A DNA stretch of 61,723 nt, counting the filler, from Jimgerdemannia flammicorona (Eukaryota), in NCBI GenBank assembly GCA_003990765.1. It is 3 parts of 3 records of this genome, joined end to end, with 100 filler letters (N's around TTAATTAATTAA, not from the genome) between each part and the next. Parts side by side here need not be neighbours in the genome. Positions count along the whole stretch, not along the records: positions 41,219 to 61,723 come from RBNJ01001668.1; 2 more parts are not named here. The stretch is one strand, 5' to 3'. Shown piece by piece: positions 51,477 through 61,723 of this stretch. Both the position numbers and the translations under genes were made by a program. The stretch's first letter is position 1. Each line of letters begins with the position of its first letter. Below the pieces are notes generated by a model. It searched no databases and had not been told where the DNA came from. It saw only the letters and a list, made by a program, of their open reading frames with translations.

Positions 51477-52255
51477 GTATAAGAGTCTGCAGTACTCAGG
51501 TTGATACTAGGAGTCCTTCTTGAGCAGGTCCTCATGGCTCTTCTGATGTCTTGGAATATCCTTTCCTCAACTAAGATACCTTGGTGATTCCTTGACCTTG
51601 AGGTTTGGTGGGCAGCAGACATTTTGTTTGTAGTAAGTCTTTGAGCTATTTTGGGATTGGTGGTTCTTGTTGGTTGCTGCTACTGTGGTTCCTTGATCCT
51701 TCTTTTATATTTTTCAGGATACTTGTACTGTGGTCATAATGACTCACAGTTGGTCATCATTGTTCATCTTGTATGCCATATGATCTTCTTGTGCTCCAAT
51801 CTGGTGGCTTGTAAGGAAAGGCTGTCTCCTGTGCTGATGTCATCATTCTGGGGTCATCGCTACATTATATAGAGATTTGGTTTATCCACTCTTATAGGAC
51901 TTTTTGATCTGATCTCCAGGAATCAAGTAATTCCAAGTCATACAGCACTATAATCTCATCAGGTAGAACAGTCTTCAGAAGAATTAATCTCTATAGACTC
52001 TACCAACAGTCAACATAATAGTAAATATCAATATTGTAGCTCTGATTACCCAGTTAGCTATATTAGTAGAGATAGTAAAAAAAATTACTGAACAAAATAA
52101 ACCCACTAAGATCTTGAGGATTCTTACTTTTAGTAGAAAAATAGTAATATTGAAACCTTCATCAATATAGTAGATATAAGATACCAAGTAAATTAATAGA
52201 ATAATAACTATATACCTATAGAGATACTTACTAATAATAGAAACAATACTCTTTA

Positions 52256-52335
52256 ATTTTTTTTTTTTTTTTTTTTTATAGTTACTTAGACTCCTTTATT
52301 CCACTAGCCTATAGAATTACACTATTCATATATCT
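52256..52335 (-). mobile_element. Short 5'-truncated LINE 3' UTR with poly(A)
   Basis: Reverse complement reads AATAAAGGAGTCTAAGTAACTATA(A)n, like the other LINE tails. Confidence 0.7.
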
Positions 52336-53033
52336 CGTTGATTAACCTAGAACAACAATGGACCCAACCCTCCACTATTTAATAATAATACAAGGAAGAG
52401 ACCTTCAGTCTATATCTTCTTTCTACCTCACCCCCTTCTCATCAAGTACAAGGTACTTCTGACTCCTCTGGACAATGTCTAATACCTTCCTCATAGCCCC
52501 CAACTGGTGCCTCTTCCCCTGTACTCTTTAATAGTTATTTATCATATCAGCAGTATAAGTAGAAATATGTAGTAGTAACATTCTTTATTAGAATAATAAT
52601 TAAGTTCTAGTACATCCTAGAAGAATACTCAGTAATCTGGAAAGACTGCCCTCAAGTTACTGAACAGATATCTGATTATGTCAGACCAGATTGAGATAAC
52701 TATGTAGCAGGTCCAGAACTCAAGAACCTACTACTAACCAAATTTCAAAATATGACTTATATATAAGAAACTTAGAACAAACTAGTATAGATAAAGTTCT
52801 ATAAAAATAGTGAAGAGGACCTAGAAACCATTATCACTAAAATGGATATCTATCTCAAAACCATAAGACTTATCTATCAAAAAAATAATTTGGCTATCAA
52901 TGGTACTAGGGTCAACCATCTTTTCATTACCTTATCAGACTGACTTACCCAGAAGATCAAGAAACAAGATCTCTCCCAAGGATATTCCCACTACTTATAG
53001 TACTTTACCTAGATATAAAGATGAGCCTGTGAT

Positions 53034-56000
53034 ACATCTTTCTCCGGTAACATTCAGGTTACACAACCCTTTGGCAACACTTTCGATACAGTTTCTGGAG
53101 AAAAGCTACTAGTATCATGGTGACCAACGAGCATCCGGAGGTGCGTACTGGGCAGGGTGGCCCTGGAGCGTTTGACTGGCAGCAAGTGAGGAGAGGCCCC
53201 AGCTTGGGGGGAAGTATGAGGGGCCTGCTGGCCAGGGGCCGCGGTGGAAGAGGGGGTGGAGCTGGAGGTCAAGGGTCCGGCAGGGTGAGCTTTGCGGAGA
53301 AGGTGAAGGGGAGTCGACAGGGAGCTGGACTGGAGAGTTGGCTGAGAGGGGGGAAGGTACTGGTGGCAGCTTCCAGGCAGCAACCACTTGGAGGTGCCTC
53401 TCTGGAGGGCCATAGGAGTAGAGCTGGGGGGGTAGTGGCTGGGGCGGGGACTGCTGATGGGGGTGTGACAGGTGATCTGGAAAAAAATCTAGATGGGACT
53501 GCTGATGGTGAGCCGAGCAGTGGGAAGGGCACGAGGCCCGGGGACCTGGTGGATGGTGTAACGGGACTGGTGGTGGCTCCATTACTCAAGAAGTCGATCT
53601 CGGCATTCGTAGTCATGCTGTGCTTCAGGGGCTTAGCAGTAACGGCAAAAATAGTGTTGGGGCTTATCGCTAAGCAGGTGGCAGGAGCAGCTTCGGTGAA
53701 GTTTCTGAAGGGACTGGAGGGGGTGGAGGTGGGATTTGAGAAGGTGGAACTACTGGAGGAGGTGCTGAAGGTTGGGTTAGTGGTTGGGGAGGTGTATGTT
53801 CCGATGGCGAGGTGTTTGAAATGGGATCTGAGAGTGGTCCAACTGCTGGTGAAAGGAGTACCCACGGTGACGGCGATGGAGACAAGGAAGAGAGTGGAGG
53901 ATGTCATGGCGGAGTATGGCAAGGTGGTGGATATCGGATTCAGGGTCTGGGAAGGGACTGTGCTCAGGACTGGGGATATGGATGTGAGGATTTGGCTAGC
54001 TGGGAAAGAGGCTACCAGGAAGATGAGGGACTGGCCTTCAGTGTTGGTCTGGGGGGCTTTTCTATGCAAGGTGACGCAGGTGAAAGGGAGTGACGAAGAG
54101 GAGGAAGATTTATTGGAAGCGCTGAAGGAGCTGGATGGGGCTGTGGAATGGCGAGCTAAGGCCTGGAAGACTTTTGAGGAGTCGATGCTCCTGGAGGTGG
54201 TGGATGGAAAGAGGATTCAAGTGGACAAGGTGCAGTGGGAAAGGGCTCAAGGGCGGAAGAGGTAGAAAGATTTGCTGGCCAAGCTGGGAGGTGGTCATCA
54301 GAAGGATGTGAGCATGAAGACAGGTACAGAAGGGGCCGGAGCGAGTGTCTGGGCTGGTGAGAGGAGTGGGAACGAAGGGGCAGGGTCTGGAAAGGCTAAG
54401 GAAGTGGAGATTCGAGACCTATATGCTGACAGCACCTTGGAGATTTGGGACACCAGCTGGGAGAACTCCCCCACCCCTTCCCCTCTAATCAGGCATGGCC
54501 CAGCTTCCAGGAACAAGCCTGGGGAGGACGTGACAATGCTGGGAACCCAGCAGGTAAAATTCAGCGTTCCGGAGGCGTTGGATGGGGACCAAGTGGGGGC
54601 AGCAGGGGAGGAGGAACTGGTAGATGTCCCAGAGGTATGGGATGAGGACGCGAGTGCGGAAGTGGACACCATGATGCTGGATGGAGGGAGGCCGGCGACC
54701 CCGGGTAGTAAGGAGGTGGGGAACCTACTTTGGATGTGCCGAATGATGAATAATCTGGCGGCAGATGAGTTGGGGGAGGTGGACTTGCGTGGGATGGGTG
54801 ATGAGCACTGGATGAGAATTTTGCAGGGAGAAGAAGTGGCGATGGCACTGAAGGTGAAAATTCTCGTGGTGTATCTGGCGGAGGAAGGGTATGAGGTGGA
54901 TAAGGAGAGGGAGGCAGAATTGGCAGTGGTCGTGGGGGAGAAGGCTGAATACTGTTGGAACAGACGTCATGGGTTACAACTTTGGCAGGAGGCTTGCATC
55001 AAGTACCGTGAGGAGTTTGAGGAGAAGGCTGATGAGGAGATGAATGAGCTGTTGGCTGGACTGGAGGCTCAGAGGACCGAAGAGGAGGAGGTGATGGCTG
55101 AACATAATCTGGACACGGCACGGGAGGAGAGGGGCATGGAGCAGTAGGGATTGATCGAGAACAAACTGTATTTCATTATGAACAGTACAACCAACATTTT
55201 TTCTTTGAATGTGAATGGGCTTAGGGGCGCAGCTAGACGCAGGAACATTTTTCTTTGGTTGAAGGGATTGGAGGCCGATCTCTTCCTCTTGCAGGATGTC
55301 AGGTACGAGGATGATGCTGATAGGATGGAATGGACTAAAGAATGAGGTGGCATGGCGATTTGGAACAGCAAGGTTGGGATTCTGGTCTGGAAAGGCAGAG
55401 GGGAGATAAAGAATGTAAGAAGCTGGGGGGAGAGACTGGTCTGGGGTGAGTGGATTCGAGCAGGTTGGGAGCTGGTTACAGTTGGCTCCTGTTACTGCCC
55501 GGCGGTGCGGGGGGAGCATGTGGAATGGGTGAAAGGGTTACTGGAGAGTGGGATCCTTGCTGAAGCTGGGTTGGATATGCTTGGAGGAGATTTCAATATG
55601 GTTCGGGATGTATGACTGGATAGAACTGATGGAGGACAGGGTGCGGAGAGCAGGAGTGGGGGGTTAGCAACATGGGAGGAGGTTGAAAGGCTAGGAGCAC
55701 TGGTGGATGCTGGTAGGGAGCACTGGGGGGACAGGAGAGTATATATGCATTGGGTTGGAGGTCTGGGGACAAGGATTGACTAGATTCTGATGGCCGACTG
55801 TTGGGGCCACAATGTCTGGAAGGTGTTAGAGGTTGAATGGTGCCCGTGGTCGGATCACTGGGGTCTCTTGGGACAGGGGTTTTTTGGGAGAAGTAGAGAT
55901 GGGCCTGGACATTGATGCCTGAATTCCTCCTTGTTGGATGATGAGGTCCGGTGGGAGGAGTGGGTGAAAGACATTCAGCTGAAGGTGGCGAATTGGTGGC

Positions 56001-58892
56001 AGGAAGGGGTAGTGATTGGGGTTTGGTAGATGAGGATGAAAGAAATGGCCAGGATGTATTAGAGCGAGGTTGGCAGAGTGGCTGGGAAGTAGCGAAGACA
56101 GAAAGTACACTGAGCTTCTACTAAGTTGGCTAGGCTCCTGGAGGAATGGGCGAGACTGGCTGCAGTGGAGAGAGAAGAGGATTGGAGAATTACAAGGGTA
56201 AGGATGGAGGTTGGGGAACTGCAACAGGTGCTGTGGGAAGAGGAAGAGTCAAGGGTGCGAGGCCTGGTGGCTCAGCTTCATTGGCAGGGGGTGGAGGAAG
56301 GAGAGAGGCCTTCTAAGTTTCTCACAAGGACACTTCGGGTGAGAAGGGTACAGTAGCGGTGGGAAGGGGTACTTGACTCAGATGATGTACTAGTGCATAG
56401 TGTACAGGACATCCTTGGAACGCTGAAGGTGTGATGGAGTGGATTGTGGAGTGAGGAGGAGGGTGGGGCAGATGCTACAGCCATTGACCAAACATTAGAA
56501 GATTGGCACCCACTGCAGGCTGAGGGACTAGGTGATCTGGTGATGCCAGTAAAGGAGGACGAGATCCACCAGGTTTTTGCCACGACAGCCTCGGGTACAG
56601 CGTCTGGGGAGGATGGCCTCCCCTGGGATTTCTGGAAGCGAATAGTTGGAGTCCTGGGTATATTGGGGGAGTTGACAGCACTGTGTGACTCTATATTGCA
56701 GTCAGGGAGATGGGTGGGGGAGCAAGACCTTGGGCTGGTGATGCTGCTCTATAAGAACAAGGGAAGGCGAGAGGATTGGAGGAACTGGTGGCTGATAATG
56801 CTGTTAGATATGGATAGGAAGTTGGTGACTAAGGTGGTGGTGGCAAGACTACAGAAGGTGGCCCAGCAGATTGTGGGTGTTGAACAGAGGGGCTTCATCG
56901 GGGGTCGGCTCATTAGAGATAGCATGGCCTAGGTGCATGGAGTTATTGAAGGTGCTCGAGCCTGTGGACTAGATGGGTGTCTTGTCTTCTTGGATCAGGA
57001 GAAGGCTTATGACCAGGTATGGCAGGTCTGGCTGGCGAAAGTATTGGATAGAATGGAGTTCTGGCCTCATTTCGGTCGGTGATGGTCAGCCTACTGGAAA
57101 GGAGTAGGACTGCACTGGTGTGCAATGGACATCGAGGGGTGGCTTTTCCTCTGGGCAGGGGAGTGCTCCAGGGGGACCCACTGTCCTCCATTTTGTATGC
57201 TCTTTCTTTGGAACCCCTCATGGACAGGATTCAGCGGAGGATCATGGAGCTATCTATCTATGGAATTGGCTGGAAGGTTGGAGCCTTTGCAGATGACATG
57301 GTGGTTGGTTTGGGGGTGACTGCGGATATCGAGGAGCTCTAGAAGACAGTGGAGTAGTATGAGGTGAACTCTGGGGCAAAGCTGAATTGGCACAAGTGTG
57401 AGACAATGGTGCTGGACAATGGCTTGGTGGGTGGGGAAGTTATTGGAACAATTGTCCCCACCGGAGAGGCAGTGCGGTACTTGGGCATCTATCTGTCAGT
57501 CTATGGATCTGTTTTGCCCAGGCTGTGGTGGGAGCAGAGGATTGGAATTTGGGAGGAAGACCTGCGGGGTTGGGGAGGTAGACACTTCTCTCTGGCAGGA
57601 AGGATCTCGATTTTGAATGTTTACTGGCTGCCGAAGCTGTGGTATTTGGCCTATCATCTGGACTTCTCAGTCTGGGTGGTGAAGAGATTGGTGAAGGTGG
57701 CCAAGGGATGGATTTGGGCTGGCAGACGGAGTCAGATTAGTTGGGAGACTCTGTCCCTACCGGTGACAAGAGGTGGTCTTGGGCTGGTGGACTTCCCCAA
57801 AAGACTACACTGCTTGCGGGCGTGGTGGCTGAGGAGGGCGGTGGAGTTGCGTGGAGGGGGCTAGGTCCCCTTGCTGCAGAAGATATGGGAGGGGAGGACA
57901 TCACCTAGAGGCTTGACTGGCGATCTTCTTTCATTGGTTGGGCTTCAGAACACTGCACAACTGAGATATAAAGGCTTCTGGTGGGGTATAGCTAAGGGGG
58001 CACACTGCATTGGTATTCGCTGGTGAGGGGATGAGAGGGAGAGAGCTTGGGGCCCGGCAATGTGGAGGTGGGATTGTATTCTTCTGGGGGGTGTGCCTTT
58101 ACTGGAGTTCAACATTAGTGATGGCATCGAATACCAACGGGGACCAGGCCAGGATCTGTGGCCTAGTGGTTGGCAAGGAGTTGGAATTGGTAAGGAGTGG
58201 GACTGGCATGGGGTTTGGACCTAGAGTGCCGCAGTGAAAAATTGGATGCCGCCAAAGTACTGGATAGTCTGGTGGCGTGTGCTGAGGAGGAATGTGATGC
58301 TTAACTTCCACTCAGGACACCTTGTGGTCAGAGGCTGCTTTGACTGCGAGGAATGCCATAATGTAGGGCAGGAAGGGGGAATGGTACAGATGCCAGAACA
58401 TTGGCTAGGGGAGTGTGAGGTGTTGGGAGACTTTTGGCAGGCCATTGGGGACCACTTGGAGGTGAGGTGTAGGGGTGATGATGTTCGGGGGAGGTGGGAG
58501 GACCTGAGGGATCAATTGATAGGAGGGGTAGGGGAAGAGTGGATTACGTTAGGCTGGGTATTAGCTATTTGGGTTGGGCTGGCCAGACACTGGCTATTTG
58601 TATTTGAGGAGGAGAAGCGACCGAGCTTGGGGAGCAGGTTAGCAAGGTGGCAGTTCCTTATGGAGGATACCTTGATGGGATGGTGGCTTGGCTGGGGGCT
58701 GCAGGGGGGTCGGAGGCGCCGCTTAGTGGTGAAAATCTGTGGTCAGAGTGGTGGGAGAGTTGGAGTTGTTGGTGAGAGGGTGGTCTTTATACATGAGGAG
58801 GAAGGGTGGGGCCCCCCGATGGGGATTGGTTAGTGGGTGGTTATATTGTATACTTATTCATAGACTGGTAATAAAGACGGAGTCCAAGAGAC

Positions 58893-58954
<62 letters not shown>
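53034..58954 (+). mobile_element. Full-length L1/Tx1-like LINE copy C (least decayed)
   Basis: ORF1 53117-55147 (one internal TAG); ORF2 55178-58833 with APE (NVNGL, GGDFN, SDH), RT (DQEKAYD, QGDPLS, FADD) and C-terminal C/H region; long poly(A) 58896-58954. Confidence 0.96.
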
Positions 58955-58956
<2 letters not shown>

Positions 58957-58985
58957 GAGAAAATTTAATTATCTATCTATTTATT

Positions 58986-60530
58986 ATGAATAGTTTATAA
59001 ATCTTATTACTTATATAATATCAATAATCTATAAGATAGAGTGAAGCAGAGAAGATTATTTCAGTAACTAAAAATTAAAAAGTATAATGTAATATTTATT
59101 TAGAATATTTGAGCTTATAGTGAATAGAATTATAAGAAGTAGAGTAAGAAATGATTTAGAAGTATTAGTTAGATAAACAGATTGGTATCTTGATTAGTAT
59201 TAGCAAGAGTAAGCTGGTGGAGATTAGTATGTATTTATAATAGATATCTGGTCTAGAAGAGATTGAAAGAGAGCACTAGTGATGAACTAGTAATAGACTC
59301 TATATATCTTCTAGTAGTAGACAGAGAGTAAAAGTAGTAGATGAAGAAATAGATATAGAATGGTCAGGAGGAAGTGAGATTGGATATTTTAGAGAGTGAT
59401 TTTAATATAATAAAGAATAGAATATTAAACTGTTCTGATAATAGAGCTGGAGTAGCCATCTTTCCAGGACTATTGAAATGGCTTCAGATAGAAAAGGATA
59501 TAGATTTGATTAATAGTATCTAGTAGTAAAGATGAGATAAGTCAGAGTCCTTCACTAGGTGATATACTATCAGTAATAAGTTGATAGAGATGAGGATTAA
59601 TTGAGTATTGGTAGCTGAGTATTAGAATAATATACTAGATACCATAGAGATAAGATGGTGCCCCTGGTCTGACCATTGAGTTATAGAGATGTGAGATAGA
59701 TTCCAGATAGTCAGTAGTAATAGAGAGCACTAATATCTAAATATGGTATTGCTCAGAAGATAGGTGGAGAGAAGTTAGTTTATTGATATAGCCTGATAGG
59801 AGATAGCAAGATGGAAGGAGAATGGGTAGTTTATAGTAGATTGGTGGAGTAGATTTAAATATTTGACAAAAGCCTACTAAAGAGATATTGGAGAGATTGT
59901 AGGAAGAGAGCAATAGAACAGAGAGAGAAGGACTGAGAGGAGATTGTAGTAGAGATTGAAGTTGATAAAAGAGACAGAGTTATCAAGAGAGGTATATCAA
60001 AAGCTGGCTGAGGAAGTGGTTGAGTTATAGTCTGATCTGAGAGCTATTGAGAACAGAGTGATAGATGGACTACTGGTCCAACTGAGGACCAGATAGCTGG
60101 AGAAAGGAGAGAGGCCAACCAAGTTTCTGTCTAATGTTCTGAAGATCAGGAAGATGAGATACTGTTAGATTTCAGTACTATGAGATAATGAGGTAGATAT
60201 CTCAGAGATAGCTGACATACTTAAAGAGTTTCTAGATAGTAGTAGGCTCTCTAATAGAATGAAAATAGACCTGAGAAAGATGAGAGGATAGTAGATATAG
60301 ATGATGATCTAGTGAGAGAATAGTTAGTAATAGTATTGTCAAAGATAGGTACTATAGTGATAAGTATAATATTTCTAGAGAAGATACTTGAAGTATTGGA
60401 GAAGGTGCAGATTGATTCATTATTTAGAGAAGATAAACTATTATAAAAGTTTTAAAAAGAATTTAGATAAAATTTAGAGAATAGCTAATTGAGATAGCAA
60501 ACTATATATTAGAAGAAGAGAGCTAGATTG
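58986..60530 (+). mobile_element. Older, heavily decayed LINE ORF2 (different subfamily)
   Basis: Remnant motifs SDFNI, WCPWSDH, EKGERPTKF. Confidence 0.7.
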
Positions 60531-61189
60531 ATAATAGATCCTTGACAGCCCCTTTCTCTACTATCTTACTGGTCATAATGATTTGGTAGGCAACCTTTCA
60601 AGTCCACTTTCCACAATTATTACCCCCTCTACCTCGGATTGGTTTGCTGTACTTATTGCAGGGTAGTGGGAGGGAGACAATAGTGATGAGTTGTCCCTTT
60701 ATTAGTATTGGATTGGTGTCTTCTCTACTTTTTCATGATTTCTGGTACCTTCGGCTGTATCTGGAGTGTATCTGTTTTAGTGCAGTGCCTTCTTCCTTTT
60801 GCTATTGCTAACAAGGTATTGTCTCAGTGTATCTTGGGCTACATAGAAAGTCAGTCAACCTTGGGTGTCAAGTGCTCAGTATAGGTTACCTGCAGGTTCT
60901 CGATATCTGTGGTGGGGCCCTCTGGCTTTAGTGAGCTTCCCGGCAAGTGTGGTTCTGGTATAGGTGACTGCTTTTCAGGTATTGTTAGGATGGGAGAGGA
61001 GATGGCCATCACAGATAGGAGGAAGGGTGATAATGGTAAACCAGTAGAGTGCCAAGCTGGGGGCAGTTGTCAGAGCTAGGGTGGGTACTGCTTCGGTGGA
61101 GCCTTTTGATTGGTGCAGCATGGTTAGGTGATAGGTATCACTCTCAGCTTCTTTTGGTAGGTTGGCAGATTAGGTCTTAGTCGTCAGGA

Positions 61190-61723
61190 GGGTCAGGGGG
61201 CTCAAGGCTATCTATTTCAGACATCTTGACTATACTCAACTGAAACTAGAAGCTGATATAGTAATGTGATCAAGACCTGCAGGCTTGAGTAGTGGGGTAT
61301 TGGGAGTCTCCTCCTGTCTCATGTATAAGTCCTTTACTTATCTCGACTGAGAGAACCAGGCCCTACCCACCATGTTGTGCTTTGATGAGAGTTTTTCTTT
61401 ACCTGTCATTCTCTTTGGGGTAGCAGAGGCTATTCTATTCAACTTGAGTGTGGCCTTATATATATATTGAGTTCTCAGACATACATTTTCGGTCATTGGC
61501 ATATGGTTGAATTTTCCCTGGTAGTAGAGAGAGTATAGTGTGCAGAATGAGGTACAGACCAATATTGGCCCTACTGCATCTGGTATGATCGAGCTGCTGG
61601 ACAATAGCTAGTCTAGGTTAATGAGGGAGTAGTGCTTGGTGGGTGGTGGGGGAGAGTTTTGGTCTATATATACTAGGTTCCCTTTCAATAAAAATCTGTA
61701 GGATATTGAGTCCATTAAAAAAA
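61190..61723. repeat. Dispersed repeat copy 3 (least decayed)
   Basis: Homologous to 24490-25042 and 34320-34841. Confidence 0.8.

Larger units (their letters stand above)
41236..51864 (-). mobile_element. Ty3/Gypsy LTR retrotransposon with dUTPase (5' LTR 50144-51864; 3' LTR 41236-42321, gap-truncated)
   Basis: Order gag (49371-49694; CFRCREEGHYVKSC), protease (IIDTGS), dUTPase, RT (SPWASP, RLCIDYRKLN, LDLFSGFYQ), RNaseH, integrase (YHPQGNGQIER, WEGPF); polypurine tract next to 3' LTR at 42322-42331. Confidence 0.95.

Noticed and set aside
53269..54069. Antisense Ser/Thr/Pro-rich ORFs (also 26394-27245, 31150-31860)
   Set aside because: Antisense shadows of G-rich LINE ORFs

Overview
Eukaryotic, probably fungal (inferred from short GT-AG introns and the TE spectrum), transposon-dense window. 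It consists mostly of nested, C-to-T-decayed elements: several L1/Tx1-like LINEs, two Copia remnants, a Ngaro-type tyrosine-recombinase retrotransposon, a dUTPase-carrying Gypsy with long coding LTRs, a 6.5-kb hAT element, hAT MITEs and a Harbinger remnant. Two N-gaps carry an artificial TTAATTAATTAA spacer. Only one intact host gene is evident (36174-38409, +, 3 exons, about 689 aa). It encodes an unusual fusion of an MpaB/Lcp-like (DUF2236) heme-oxygenase domain to a prokaryote-type cis-prenyltransferase, a candidate single-polypeptide 'make-and-cleave' isoprenoid enzyme. Other highlights: the hAT element carries a convergent cargo gene with TET/JBP-like 2OG-Fe(II) dioxygenase motifs; a 1.77-kb insertion made of a ~200-bp head plus a 9-mer array is flanked by a 16-bp target-site duplication; and inverted decayed copies of the host gene's 3' end lie upstream of it.
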